Source: Stegostoma tigrinum
Lineage: Eukaryota
Direction of reading: 5' to 3'
DNA length: 64,000 nt
NCBI RefSeq assembly: GCF_030684315.1
Contig: NC_081388.1
Span: 8,664,093-8,728,092 of the forward strand
Part shown: positions 20,364 to 35,730 of the stretch, piece after piece
Layout: the number at the start of each line of letters is the position of its first letter
Numbering within the stretch: position 1 is the stretch's first letter
Translations under genes and position numbers: made by a program
Notes under the pieces: generated by a model
Databases searched by the model: none
What the model was told of the DNA's origin: nothing
What the model saw: the letters and a program-made list of their open reading frames with translations, nothing else

Positions 20364-23300
20364 TGGAATAGTCCAATAAAAGAGTGACTCCTTGTCTCTT
20401 GTTTCTTGCACCTAGTTTGTTTCTGCATCCTCACGCGAGTTGTTATCCCTGGGGTTATGCTATGAACCCCCAGAAAGCTTTTCTGGCTGCTATTTTTACT
20501 GAATGCAAACAGTGATGCCTAAACAGTACAGTGACTACAGGGTCTTGTTGTCAACACAAAATGGGACTTCCACATCTGAGATCACTATTCACACCATTCC
20601 CTCTATAATAGGAACACTGGTGTGAACTGTCCTGAGTTTGCTCCAATTACATCTGGTCCTTTGCGAATAAGGACACCTGGGTGTTCAGAGTAAGAAACGT
20701 TGATCAGACTGGCCTTCCATGCTGTATCCCTGCCTCTTTACTTAGATGCTAGGCAGGGGTGGCATGGAGGCTTAGTGGCTTACACTGTTGCAACGCAACA
20801 CCAGGAGCCTGAGTACATTCTGCCTGCTGGTTGTTGCACATTATTGCTGTGACTGGGAGTGCTCAGGTATCTTTTCCCCTCCGCCCAAAGGGGTGCCAGT
20901 CACAGTGAATTGGCCATGGGGAAAGTGCACCAGAGTACAGGGATATTAGGCCCTGTGGGTTAGATATGGGGGATGTAGGGTTAAAGGGCATGGGCCTGGT
21001 CAGGCCCCTCTTCAGAGGGGTTGGGGCAGCTGTGTGGACTCAATGGGGCAATTGCACTGCTTCCATAATGTGAGAATTCTATGGGGTAAATCAAACTGGT
21101 GCCTGAGACACATTGCTCTGTCTCGTATTGTATTCTTCAGAAAGAATCTCAGTCCAATGTCCACCTTCTCTTCGAAATGTTAGTTTTGTCTTTTTCTCCA
21201 CTGGGCTTTCTTCCCTGGGGTTTTGGTCTGAGGTCAGATAGTCCTGACTCAACTGAGTCAAGCATCTACTGTACAAATTGCAGCTGAATGTGAATGCGGG
21301 CTGGGGGCCCTGTTTTGGAATGTACAGGCCTTAAGACTCCTCCACACTTCAGGCCCTCATTAACAACTGGGGTCTAGAGGTGAACAATAATCAAGTGTCA
21401 TCCCTTCTGCTCCAAAAACAATACCCAGTTGCTGATGACCTAATTATAAAGATGGCCACAACACACATCTGAAAGTTACTGCCCAAGCACCTTTGTAAGC
21501 TTTAGCTGTTTAAACACTTCATTACGATGGGTGGTGTGTTTCTCTATAATGTGTTCTCCTCCTGTATACCTTCACACAAATGTTCTGGGATGTTCAGTGC
21601 ACTGGAGCGTTTCAGTAATCCTGTTTTGATTTACATCAAGCAGTGCACCAATCATTGTCAAACAATTTTTAAAATAATTTCCTCATGGATGAGGGTGGCA
21701 CAGGCTAGGTGCGTGTTTATTGTCCAGAGGGCAGCTGTAGTCCAGGCAAGGATGGCAGTTTCATTCTGTAAAGGATGTTGGCGAACTAGATGGGTTTTCT
21801 CCCAACAATTGGTAACAGTCTCTGTCATTATTGGACTGTTTAATCCCGGATATTTTCATTGAATTTGAATTCCAGCTCCCCGGAACATCACCTGTGTCTC
21901 TGGTTAAACTGCCCAACTATAATACCACAAGGCCATCGTAATTACCCACGGCATTCAATCACAGGCAGAGAAAGAACAATACTGTTGAGCTTGGGGCTTG
22001 TCCTCTGACAGTGTTATTCAATCATTTCAGTCTGGAGGAAAAGAAAAAGGTGTTCTTAGTTTTGGGTGTGTGGAAGTATGACTGTGTTCGTCCTTTCTCT
22101 GAGAAGCCACTGGGGCTAACTTTCTATGACCTCGCACCATGCTTCAGTACCTCTTTGTGGGCGAGCACTGTTGGAGCTACATTATGTTGGGTAAAAAGTT
22201 AAATTCATCACCATTCCGCTCACATATTTGCTTGTAAATTAAATATACTCCAGGCACTGTGCTCAAAGAAGCACAGGTGAATGTTTGCTGGCATTCTGAT
22301 CACACATTTTCCCTCAGTGAGCACCACTGTGGGATCTTTCCTGCTGCTTTTCCCTACATTACCACAGATGCCACACTTCAAATTTCACCCCATTCAGGTT
22401 GGAGATGTGCTCACTGAGCTAACAGGTTTGGATGCAAACGGTTCATCACCCTGCTCGGTAACGTCGTCAGTGCACCTCTGGGGAAGCGATGGTGTTCTGT
22501 CCTACTAGTTAATTTTGTGTCTCGGCTTGCTGGAATGGTTGGGATTCCTTCCGGTTCTGTTTCTCAGTGGTTTGTATATTGGGACAGTTCAATCACTGAG
22601 GAACAGAACTGGAAGCTATACCAGCCATTCCAGCAAACAGAGACATATAAATAACAAGTGGGACAGAACACCATCGCTTCCCCAGAGGCACACTGATGAT
22701 GTTATCTACCAGGGCAATGAAATGTTTGCACCCAAAGCCAACGGCTCGGCCAGCATGTCTACAACCTCATTCACAACCCCAACTACCAATCTCCTCAAAC
22801 TTTTCACCCCAGTGTCTGCGAATCGCTTTCAGCACGTTCCTAACTTGAAAAGAGACACGATCAGAATGCATTTGCTTTAAGGTGGTTTGGACAGTAACCA
22901 GTCCTTCACCACCCCTTAAAGGCTCACAGTAAGCTTGGCTCTTTGTTACATTGTTGGCTTGACATTGTCCGGGCAGCTGTTGTTCTGGGCAGATGAGGAA
23001 GCTTCAGGAAGAATGTAGACAGAAAGCAATGTCTTTTCATGGAATCAGATGGCACCAGTAACCAGCCACTGAGGACTTGGGATTGAGAGCAGGGTTGGCA
23101 CTCAGTGCGTCAGCTCATCTCATCTATTGGCACGGACCCTGGCATTGCCTTATGCATGTGGATATCTCACCTGATTCCTTTTGCCTTGCTGCTTCCAATG
23201 ACTCTTTCAAAGTTTGACGCTTTCAAATCTGTTTTTACTGCGATCCTGCGACTGCACCAATCTGAAAGTAAACAGGGCCGAATGGTACATGTTGTATACA

Positions 23301-26300
23301 TTGCCCTGCCTACCACCCTCAGATTGTGGTCAGGGCACTTCATTGCTACGAGCCTCTCGTCGTGACCAACCCGGCTGGTGGGCAAGTAAAGTGACCAATG
23401 AGTCTCAACCAGAAGAGGCCATTTTTTTCGAAAAAACGAGGTCTCATTTAGTGAGTGACAGTGATCACAAACCACCTAATTTACCAAGTTGCTCCCACAA
23501 TGATGAGGAAATCTAGGTTAAGATCTCTAACGTCTTTGGGTTCCAAGATCCTCAAGACATGATTGGATAAAACTCTTCCTAGAGTTAAACCGTTCAAAAT
23601 TATTACTTCATACAACATCTCCATCAAACCTTACCCTATTTTGAATGGACCATTAAATTAACCAGACCCCACATTCCCCCAAGTCTCCGATTTTACAACT
23701 TCATGGCATCCTGGAGGTTTTGTAATTCTCCCTGAATTCATTCTCTTCAGACTTGGCAGATTGGTGGGTCTTTGACTTGAGGGCTATTGGCCTCGATCCT
23801 ATTCTAAAGCTCTACATCAGCAGACTGCTGGAAATGCTGGTGTTTTGAGCTGAGGTTGAAACTCGTGCTACCCCAGGGGCGTTACTCTATCACCTTAGCT
23901 GGAGGACTCTTCATCTCCTGAATTTCTTTTGCAGCTGAACTCTTTCCTGATAACTAAGGTAGTTGCCCTATAACATCATCTCAGGGGCGTTCATCTCGTG
24001 GAATTTTCATCACGGATTCCACTGGTGAAACTGATATGTTCTTTTACAATGTGTAGGATTCTCGGTTTTTGGACCAGGTAATCTCTTCACAATCATGTTC
24101 TGTGCCTTCATCTTTATTTAGTTGCGGTTCCTATGGAAACATGTGCAGGTCACTTTCAATCAGTGTGAACTAATCTTCACACTTACCCACTCCCCCAACC
24201 CCGATACATCTGTACTGAAGTAAGTTCGCTCTCTATGTTTACTAGTAGCTTGTTCTGAACATCGTAATTTGCCCTCAATGTTTGTCCTATTGATGAACAC
24301 AATATGTTCATATCCTTGGCCACTATTGAAGAATTGTTCAGAGGAAGGGTCTCTCTACACAAAACAGTAACTATGATTTCTCTCCACAGATGCTGCCAGC
24401 TCTGGTGAGCTTTTCCAGAAATTTCTGTTTTTGTTTCTGATTCACTGCATCTGTGGCTCTGTCAGTTTTTAACTGAAAAATTGCTATTGACTTTGCTCTT
24501 TCACAGACTCACAGAGTCATGGAGTTATACAGCATGGAAGCAGGAGTAGGGAACCCTGGATGAAAAAGGCTGTTACCAGAACAAAGAAGGTGGGATTGAT
24601 CAGGTACAGGCAACTGGGATCAAGGGAAGCCATGGAGGTAGAGAGGGGTTACAGGATTTAACTGAAGAAGGAAATCAGGATGTCTCAAGAGGGGCATGAG
24701 TCAGCTTTGACTGAAAATGTCAGGGCGAATCCAAATAGATTCTTTCCGTATGTGAAAGCCATAAAAATAACTGGAGAGAGAAATGGAACTCTGAATGGCC
24801 AGAGTGGACATGCATGTGTGGAACTGCAGGAGATGAATGAGGTTCTCAATGAATAGTTTGCCTCTTTGTGAACTGTGAATAATGACATGAAGACATGGCA
24901 ACTTTGGGAAGTTAGTGGTGATATCTTGGTGACAGTCCATGTCACAGTGGAGGAGGTGTTGGAAGTATTGGAAGTGCTGAGAAGAGAAACCTGGGAATAA
25001 TACAATTGTAAGCGTAACATGTGTGATAGGCAAGTTACTTGAGAAGATTCTGAGGGATAAGATATGCATGCATATGAAAAGACAGGTTTTGATTAGGAGT
25101 AGTCAGCATGTCTTCGTGCATTAGAGATGATGCCTCACAAATTTGTCAGAGTTCTTTGATGAAGTGTTCAGGAAGTTTGATGGGAGGGCAGGAGTCATTT
25201 TCCATATGGATTTCAGTCAGGCCTTTGATAAGTTTCCATGATGCATTTTGGAAAGTGAGATCAAGGTGGGAATTTCAGGATGAACAGTAGGGCTGTAAGG
25301 AATGTAGTGGAACAGAGGGATATTGGAGTTCAGATGCACAATTCTCTGAATGCAGAGTGACGGGTAGACAGGGCAGTGAAGATGGCGTTTGGCACGCTGG
25401 GATTCGCCAATATGAGCAATGAGCATCTAAGGTGGGAAGTTGTGTTGCAGATATGCAGGACCTATTTGGAGTGTCAGCATGGCAAAGTGTGGATGAACAC
25501 AGCAGGCCAGGCAGCTTCAGAGGAGCTGGAAAGTTGACGTTTCAGGTTGGGACCCAACTTCAGAAATGTTAGAGGGGAAAGGGAGGTCAGAAGTTAATAC
25601 AGAGGAGGGGTGGTGCTGGGGAAGATAGGTGGGATGGTGGTAGGTGAGTGCAGGGAGGGCTGATAGGGATTAGTCAGAGCGGTGGGAGGCGCAGATAAAT
25701 GGGAGAGAACTTAGGACAGGATGTATCAGGCCAAGGAGGCCTGAGATGAGATGAGGACCGGGAGGGAAGCTTTGAAAACTGGTAAAATCCACCTTTAGGC
25801 CATTGGGCGTCAGCTCCTGAGGCAGGACATGAGGTGCTTCTCCTCCAGTTTGTGGGAAGTTGTTTGTTGCAAGTCAAGTGCAGATGTTTTGCAAAACAGG
25901 CTCTGTATCTCTGCTTGGAGTATTGTGTTCAGTTTTGTTCACCTTGTTACAGGAGCAATCCGATTAAATTGGAAAAGGTGAAACTGTTACCCTGAGATAG
26001 AGGTAGAGGTTGGACAAGCTCAGGCGAATTTCTTTACAGCATAGGAGACTGAGAGGGGATATCCTCGAAGTGTATAAGCTCATGAGAGTCTTGAAAAGAC
26101 ATGGCAACCTGGTCACCCTGAGGGTGGTGCGCACACGTAGTAAGGGGCCAACAGAAGTGCTTGAGGGGCTACATTAACAACATTTAATAGGCATTGGGAC
26201 AAATACATGGATGGGAAAGGTTTAGAAGGATAGGGGCAAGGTGCGAGGAAATGAAATTAGCACAATGGACATTTTGATCAGCATGCACCGTTCTGGGCCA

Positions 26301-26614
26301 AAGAACATCTCTCTGTGCCTGAACACTCTCTGACTCTATTGTACTCAGGGGGCCATCACCAGAAGAACTTGTGGAGCTGAATGCAGTCAGGTGACAGCAT
26401 GGCAACTCTCAGCCATTCCTATTGGTCCAAATGAAATGGGCCCTTCTGGTAAGAAGCCAATGGATTTAGACTTTGGTGGAATTTGCAGAGATTGGGGCTG
26501 GATCATTGGTTCATTGTTGCTGCTTCTGGTCTGATTGGTGTCAGGTGAGTGCAGGTTGTGTGTATAAAAGGAGCTGGGTGGGGGCTGGAGGGGATGTTTG
26601 AGGTGTTTGTGATC

Positions 26615-29433
26615 ATGGGGGATTTTGTCGTGATGGGTTTATTCCCTGTGTTGTTATTTGGAGCTGTTTGTTGCTCTGAAACCTGGCAGCCGTTTCTGAG
26701 CCAGAGGTATCTATGGAGAAGAGTGAGAGCCACCCCTGTACCTGAGAGAGTCCCTCCTCACGGGGGTCCCATTGGTTCCAGTTTCAGAATGTCTGAGGGT
26801 GGGAGTGTGTCTCCACTGCAGACTGTGATGGTGCAGTGTGGAGAGCAGAAGCTACAGGTCAGGGCCCAGTTGGATTTATTTGGAACCAGGCACCTAATTA
26901 ATGCTGCTGACCTGACCCTGGGGACAGCAGGCTGTCAGCCAACCAGTTTCTACCCTGAGAACCACACTGTCCTCTTTGACTATGGCCTGCATGAGTGTGG
27001 CAGCAGATTGCAGGTAATGGGAGTCCTTCATAGTTGCTGGAAGCTTGGTCTAAAGTGATCCTTACTGTACTGCTGACTCCAATTCTGTGGTTATTGGGGT
27101 CTACTTTCTCTTGTTCTCAAACTGAGATTGTCTCTTCTGGATTAGTCTGTGGCTGAAGGGGTTCTAAGTCCCAAGCCCCTCTGTTGTCCCCATGGCCTGT
27201 AGACTATTTCTGGTTCTCCCTGAACTTGACCAGCTCTGTTTTGAGGCTTGTTTCTCCTTAGTCAGCTCCTCTGATCCCTGTCCTGTGGGGGTGTCACTCC
27301 TCCTAAACAAGAGTTTTCAGAGTTGCCTTGCTATTGAAAGACTCCAAATTCCCACTTTCCTCACCTTTGGAATAACTGGGCTTGAGATAAGTGTTCTATT
27401 TCTCTATTAGATTATTTCCTGTTCTGTTTTCTGAAACTAATTTTATTGAGGTCACTTTGGTTTGGTCTTGTATTCCTGATATACTCAAATATTGGAGGAT
27501 TGATGACTGAGGCAACCAAAATGTGCCTGCAGTGCCTGAGAATCAGGATTATGTTCCTGTTCCTTCAGTGATTCTACTGTCTCTTTCTACAAAACCCATC
27601 CATCTGTTTCAACAAAAGTGTATTTCCAGTGTAAGTGTTCTGTCTGATCTATTGATGCACTAGCTTGTCAAATTGGTCCAAAATGATTAACCCCTGAGCA
27701 TGATGTATTGCCAATAAACTGGTCTCACTCTTTCTGTGAGCCAACAGGAGGCTGGCACTGAGCCTGCCAAGCTCCCTGAGGAAGTGTGGAAAAAGGATGT
27801 TATGTTGCATAGAACCTTCATTTCAAATTGGTTCCCCATTCCTTCATCTGCTGTCTTTCAGATGACTGGAGATTTCCTGATCTATGCCACCCACCTGACC
27901 CACATCCCAAACTATCCTGGGTCTGTCATTGTGAGAACCAATGGAGCTGTCATTCCCATTGTGTGTCGTTATTTGAGGTGAGAATCTTTATTTGATTATA
28001 AACATTATTTATAGCTGTCACCTGACACTAGCCTAAAATGGCTGCACTGTCTCTCCCCAGGACGGGCAATGTGAGCAGTGACCCCATCAAGCCCACCTGG
28101 ATCCCATTCAGCTCCACCAGGTCTGGAGAAGGGCATCTGTCATTCTCCCTGCGTCTAATGAATGGTATGTGAGGGCTGGCTGGAGAGGGATCTCCTGGTG
28201 TCACTCACTGGGAGCTGCATCTACTATCTGTAACCCTTGTCCTCTTGTACTTCAGGTGACTGGCTTAAAGAGCGCACTTCCACTGTCTACTCCCTGGGAG
28301 ACCTCATTCACATTGAGGCATCTGTTTCAATGGACAACCACATGCCCCTGAAGCTGTACATTGACCGCTGTGTAGCTACACTGAGCCCAGACAAGGACTC
28401 CAGCCCCAGATACAGCATCATTGACTACAATGGGTAAGGAGATCTCTGCTTTCTCCAGCTGCTCCCATCTTAATGGCTTCACTCCATTCACTTCATGGTC
28501 CTTTGTTCACCTGCAGTTGCCTCATGGACAGCAAAGCTGAGGACTCCTTTTCAACCTTTGTGTTGCTGAGAGACCAGCGGGAGCCGGACAAGCTCAGGTT
28601 TGACCTGGATGCCTTCCGCTTCTATGGAGATGAACTCTCCTTGGTAAGAGGAAACTGCTGACTTAGCTTCTCCCCACTGGGTGGGAGTGACTAAACACTG
28701 ACTGACTTGTGCTGAATGTGTCCCTCAGATTTTCATCACTTGTCACCTGAAAGTTGCTGCAGTAGATCAGGCAAATTCCAGGAACAAAGCTTGTACTTTC
28801 CAGAAGCTGCACCAGATGTGAGCATGTTTTTTTCTTCCTCCCCTTCCCCCACCTCAGTCCCTTCGTGATGTTGTTGGGAGAGGTGATGCTCCATGTGGTT
28901 GATGGGCTGTTTCTGTTGTTTAGCTGGACCCCACTGGAGGAATCGACCAGTGACATTTGTGCCTGTTGTCATGTGGGGAACTGTGGTAGCACAGGGGAGA
29001 TCATCTTCTCCTCCAGAGGAAGGAGAGACCTTGGACCTGAAGCTGGTAGGTCACTGACCCCTGAGATGATGGGGCTATACAACCTTTCCCTGAACCTGAC
29101 TACTGTTCTCTCCTGCAGAGAGTGAAGGTGGATTGAAGTGGGAGGGTGAGGCCTCGCTTGGCCCCCTGCTCATTGTGGATCCTGAGCTGACCAGCCTGGC
29201 GACTGAGCCCCTGACTGAGGTTGAGCAAAGGATGCAGGAGATGTCTCCAGGCGGTGAGTTGTCTGACTGCTAGTTTGCCTCTTTGTCCCAGTTTCCCTCA
29301 GTAACCATTGGTTTCTCCTTGCTGTGTAGGTGTGCAGTCTGAGCTGGTTGTGATGCTGTCCCTGACCGTGACAGCTGTCTCCCTGATCTCTGCTTTGTTG
29401 ATGGCTTTGTTCCTGTCCAGGAAGCACGAGTGA
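26615..29433 (+). CDS. zp3: ZP3-like copy 4 (type C), apparently intact, ~457 aa, cytoplasmic tail 6 aa shorter
   Basis: ATG at 26615; exon 1 ends at 27013; all ZP motifs and splice sites are present. Ends ...LFLSRKHE* with TGA at 29431-29433. Confidence 0.85.
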
Positions 29434-32400
29434 ACTCTACTCAACGATTGATGGAATAGTCCAATAAAGCAGTGACTCCTTGTCTCTTGTTTCTTGTGTC
29501 TAGTTTGTCTCTGCATCATCATGAGTCGCTACCCCGGGGGTTATGCTATGAACCCCCAGAAAACCTTCTGAATCTATTTTTATTGAATGTACTGTTTAGG
29601 CTTCACTGCTTGCAGTGACCACAGGGTCTTGTTGGCAACACAAAATGGGACTTCCACGTCTGAGATCACTGTTCAGACCATTTCCCTCTATAATAGGAAC
29701 ACTGGTGTGAACTGTCCTGGGTTTGCTCCCATTACATCTGGTCCTTTGTGAATAAGGATGCCTGGGTGTTCAGAGTAAGAAACATGGATCAGACTCACCC
29801 TCCATGCTGTATCTGTGCCTCTTTACCTGGCTGCTGGGCATGGGTGGCATGGAGGCTTAGTGGTTTACACTGCTGCAATGCCACACCAGGAACCAGAGTT
29901 CAATCTGCCTGCTGGTGGTTGCACACTCACCCTGTGACTGGGTTTAGTGCTCAGGTGTTTTCCTCCAGCCCAAAGGTGCGCCAGTCCTGGTGAATTTTCC
30001 GTGGGGAAAGTGCACCAGAGTACAGGGATGTATCGGCACACTGGGTCAGAGACGGCGTGGGACGTAGGGTTAAAGCGTGTTGGGCTGTTCTTTGGAATGT
30101 TTGGGGTAGCAGTGTGGACTAAAGGGGACAATTGGGCTGCTTACATACTGGTGAGAATTCTAAGGGGTAAATCAAACTGGTGCATGACACACATTGCTCT
30201 GGCTCTATCTTGTTAATATTAAAAAAAAATCTCAGTTCAATATCTGCCTTCTCTTCTAAATGCTTGTTTTTTCTCTCCACTGGGCTTTCTCCTGGGAGTT
30301 TTGGTCTGATATCAGATAGTCCTGACTCAAGCATCTACTCTGCAAATCGCATCTGAATGTGAGTGCAGGATGGGGGCCCTGTTTTGGAAAGTCGAGGCCT
30401 GAAGATGCCTTCAGGCCCTCGTTAACAACTGGGGCCTGAAGGTGAACAATAATCAAGTGTCATCCCTTCTGCTCCAAAAACTACACCCAGTTGCTGATGA
30501 CCTAATTATAAAGATGGCCACTACACACATCTGAGAGTTACTGCCCAAGCACCTTTGTAAGCTTTAGCTGTTTAAAAACTCCATTACTGTGGTGGTGTGT
30601 TTTTCTATAATGTGTTCTCCTCCTGTAATACCTTCACACAAATGTTCTAAGATGTTTAGTGCCCTTGAGCGTTTCAGTAATCCTGTTTTGATTTACATCA
30701 AGCTGGGCACCATCCATTGTCAAACAATTTTTAAAATAATTTCCTCATGGATGAGGGTGGCACAGGCTAGGTGCGTGTTTATTTTCCAGAGGGCAGCTGT
30801 AGTCCAGGCAAGGATGGCAGTTTCATTCTGTAAAGGATGTTGGTGAACGAGATGGGTTTTCTTCCCAACAATTGGTAACAGACTCTGTCATTATTGGACA
30901 GGTTAATGACTGATATTTTCAATGAATTTGCATTCCAGCATCTGCTGTGGTGGGATTTGACACCAGCTCCTCAGAAAATCACCTGTTGTGTCTCTGGTTT
31001 AACTATAATACCACAAGGCCATCGTAATTACCCACGGCATTCAATCACAGGCAGAGAAAGAACAATATTGTTCAGCTTGGAGCTTGTCCTCTGACAGTGT
31101 TATTCAATCATTTCAGTCTGGAGGAAAACGAAAGGGTGTTCTGTGCTTCTGAGCACTTCGTTTTGGGTGTGTGGAAGTATTACTGTGTTCATCCTTTCTC
31201 TGAGAAGCCACTGGGGCTAACTTTCTATGATCTCGCACCATGCTTCAGTCCCTCTTTGTGGGCAAGCACTGTTGGAGCTACGTTATGTTGGGTAAAAAGT
31301 TAAATTCATCACCATTCCGCTCACATATTTGCTTGTAAATTAAATATACTCCAGGCACTGTGTTCAAAGAAGCACAGGTGAATGTTGGCTGGCATTCTGA
31401 TCACTCATTATCCCTCAGTGAGCACCTCTGTGGGATATTGCTGTGCCCAGCTTTCCTGCTGCTTCTCCCTACATTACCACAGATGCCACACTTCAAATTT
31501 CACCCCATTCAGGTTGGAGATGTGCTCACTGAGCTAACAGGTTTGGATGCAAACGTTTCATCACCCTGCTCGGTAACGTCGTCAGTGCACCTCTGGGGAA
31601 GCGATGGTGTTCTGTCCTACTAGTTAATTCTGTGTCTCGGCTTGCTGGAATGGTTGGGATTCCTTCCGGTTCTGTTTCTCAGTGGTTTGTACATTGCGAC
31701 AGTTCAATCACTGAGGAACAGAACTGGAAGCTATACCAGCCATTCCAGCAAACAGAGACATATAAATAACAAGTGGGACAGAACACCATCGCTTCCCCAG
31801 AGGCACACTGATGATGTTATCTACCAGGGCGATGAAATGTTTGCACCCAAAGCCAACGGCTCGGCCAGCATGTCTACAACCTCATTCACAACCCCAACTA
31901 CCAATCTCCTCAAACTTTTCACCCCAGTGTCTGCGAATCGCTTTCAGCACGTTCCTAACTTGAAAAGAGACACGATCAGAATGCATTTACTTTAAGGTGG
32001 TTTGGACAGTAACCAGTCCTTCACCACCCCTTAAAGGCTCACAGTAAGCTTGGCTCTTTGTTACATTGTTGGCTTGACATTGGCCGGGCAGCTGTTGTTC
32101 TGGGCAGATGAGGAAGCAGCAGGAAGAATGTAGACAGAAAGCAATGTCTTTTCATGGAATCAGATGGCACCAGTAACCAGCCACTGAGGACTTGGGATTG
32201 AGAGCAGGGTTGGCACTCAGTGCGTCAGCTCATCTCATCTATTGGCACGGACCCTGGCATTGCCTTATGCATGTGGATATCTCACCTGATTCCTTTTGCC
32301 TTGCTGCTTCCAATGACTCTTTCAAAGTTTGACGCTTTCAAATCTGTTTTTACTGCGATCCTGCGACTGCACCAATCTGAAAGTAAACAGGGCCGAATGG

Positions 32401-35400
32401 TACATGTTGTATACATTGCCCTGCCTACCACCCTCAGATTGTGGTCAGGGCACTTCATTGCTACGAGCCTCTCGTCGTGACCAACCCGGCTGGTGGGCAA
32501 GTAAAGTGACCAATGAGTCTCAACCAGAAGAGGCCATTTTTTTCGAAAAAACGAGGTCTCATTTAGTGAGTGATAGTGATCGCAAACCACCTAATTTACC
32601 AAGTTGCTCCCACAATGATGAGGAAATCTAGGTTAAGATCTCTAACCTCTTTGGGTTCCAAGATCTTCAAGACATGATTGGATAAAACTCTTCCTAGAGT
32701 TAAACCGTTCAAAATTATTACTTCATACAGCATCTCCATCAAACCTTACCCTATTTTGCATGGACCATTAAATTAACCGTGACCCCACATTCCCCCAAGC
32801 CTCCGATTTTACAACTTCATGGCATCCTGGAGGTTTTGCAATTCTCCCTGAATTCATTCTCTTCAGACTTGGCAGATTGGTGGGTCTTTGACTTGAGGGC
32901 TATTGGCCTCGATCCTATTCTAAAGCTCTACATCAGCAGACTGCTTGAAATGCTGGTGTTTTGAGCTGAGGTTGAAACTCGTGCTACCCCAGGGGCGTTA
33001 CTCTATCACCTTAGCTGGAGGACTCTTCATCTCCTGAATTTCTTTTGCAGCCGAACTCTTTCCTGATAACTAAGGTAGTTGCCCTATAACATCATCTCAG
33101 CAGCGTTCATCTCGTGGAATTTTCATCACGGATTCCACTGGTGAGGCTGATATGTTCTTTTACAATGTGTAGGATTCTGGGTTTTTGGACCAGGTAATCT
33201 CTTCACAATCATGTTCTGTGCCTTCATCTTTATTTAGTTGCGGTTCCTATGGAAACATGTGCAGGTCACTTTCAATCAGTGTGAACTAATCTTCACACTT
33301 ACCCACTCCCCCAACCCCGATACATCTGTACTGAAGTAAGTTCGCTCTCTATGTTTACTAGTAGCTTGTTCTGAACATCGTAATTTGCCCTCAATGTTTG
33401 TCCTATTGATGAACACAATATGTTCATATCCTTGGCCACTATTGAAGAATTGTTCAGAGGAAGGGTCTCTCTACCCGAAACAGTAACTATGATTTCTCTC
33501 CACAGATGCTGCCAGCTCTGGTGAACTTTTCCAGAAATTTCTGTTTTTGTTTCTGATTCACTGCATCTGTGTCTCTGTCAGTTTTTAACTGAAAAATTGT
33601 TATTGACTTTGCTCTTTCACAGACTCACAGAGTCATGGAGTTATACAGCATGGAAGCAGGAGTAGGGGACCCTGGATGAAAAAGGTTGTTACCAGAACAA
33701 AGAAGGTGGGATTGATCAGGCACAGGCAACTGGGATCAAGGGAAGCCATGGAGGTAGAGAGGGGTTACAGGATTTAACTGAAGAAGGAAATCAGGATGTC
33801 TCAAGAGGGGCATGAGTCAGCTTTGACTGAAAATGTCAGGGCGAATCCAAATAGATTCTTTCCGTATGTTAAAGCCATAAAAATAACTGGAGAGAGAAAT
33901 GGAACTCTGAATGGCCAGAGTGGGCATGCATGTGTGGAACTGCAGGAGATGAATGAGGTTCTCAATGAATAGTTTGCCTCTTTGTGAACTGTGAATAATG
34001 ACATGAAGACATGGCAACTTTGGGAAGTTAGTGGTGATATCTTGGTGACAGTCCATGTCACAGTGGAGGAGGTGTTGGAAGTATTGGAAGTGCTGAGAAG
34101 AGAAACATGGGAATAATACACTTGCAAGCGTAACATGTGTGATAGGCAAGTTACTTGAGAAGATTCTGAGGGATAAGATATGCATGAATATCAAAAGACA
34201 GGTTTTGATTAGGAGTAGTCAGCATGTCTTCGTGCATTAGAGATGATGCCTCACAAATTTGTCAGAGTTCTTTGATGAAGTGTTCAGGAAGTTTGATGGG
34301 AGGGCAGGAGTCATGTTCCATATGGATTTCAGTAAGGCCTTTGATAAGTTTCCATGATGCATTTTGGAAAGTGAGTTCAAGGTTGGAATTTCAGGATGAA
34401 CAGTAGGGCTGTAAGGAATGTAGTGGAACAGAGGGATATTGGAGTTCAGATGCACAATTCTCTGAATGCAGAGTGACGGGTAGACAGGGCAGTGAAGATG
34501 GCGTTTGGCACGCTGGGATTCGCCAATGAGGGCAATGAGCATCTAAGGTGGGAAGTTGTGTTGCAGATATGCAGGACCTATTTGGAGTGTCAGCATGGCA
34601 AAGTGTGGATGAACACAGCAGGCCAGGCAGCTTCAGAGGAGCTGGAAAGTTGACGTTTCAGGTTGGGACCCTTCTTCAGAAATGTCAGAGGGGAAAGGGA
34701 GGTCAGAAGTTAATACAGAGGAGGGGTGGTGCTGGGGAAGATAGGTGGGATGGTGGTAGGTGAGTGCAGGGAGGGCTGATAGGGATTAGTCAGTGCGGTG
34801 GGAGGCGCAGATAAGTGGGAGAGAACTTAGGACAGGATGTATCAGGCCAAGGAGGCCTGAGATGAGATGAGGACCGGGAGGGAAGCTTTGAAAACTGGTA
34901 AAATCCACCTTTAGGCCATTGGGCGTCAGCTCCTGAGGCAGGACATGAGGTGCTTCTCCTCCAGTTTGTGGGAAGTTGTTTGTTGCAAGTCAAGTGCAGA
35001 TGTTTTGCAAAACAGGCTCTGTATCTCTGCTTGGAGTATTGTGTTCAGTTTTGTTCACCTTGTTACAGGAGCAATCCGATTAAATTGGAAAAGGTGAAAC
35101 TGTTACCCTGAGATAGAGGTAGAGGTTGGACAAGCTCAGGCTAATTTCTTTACAGCATAGGAGACTGAGAGGGGATATCCTCGAAGTGTATAAGCTCATG
35201 AGAGTCTTGAAAAGACATGGCAACCTGGTCACCCTGAGGATGGTGCACACACGTAGTAAGGGGCCAACAGAAGTGCTTGAGGGGCTACATTAACAACATT
35301 TAATAGGCATTGGGACAAATACATGGATGGGAAAGGTTTAGAAGGATAGGGGCAAGGTGCGAGGAAATGAAATTAGCACAATGGACATTTTGATCAGCAT

Positions 35401-35730
35401 GCACCGTTCTGGGCCAAAGAACATCTCTCTGTGCCTGAACACTCTGTGACTCTATTGTACTCAGGGGGCCATCACCAGAAGAACTTGTGGAGCTGAATGC
35501 AGTCAGGTGACAGCATGGCAACTCTCAGCCATTCCTATTGGTCCAAATGAAATGGGCCCTTCTGGTAAGAAGCCAATGGATTTAGACTTTTTTGGAATTT
35601 GCAGAGATTGGGGCTGGATCATTGGTTCATTGTTGCTGCTTCTGGTCTGATTGGTGTCAGGTGAGTGCAGGTTGTGTGTATAAAAGGAGCTGGGTGGGGG
35701 CTGGAGGGGATGTTTGAGGTGTTTGTGATC

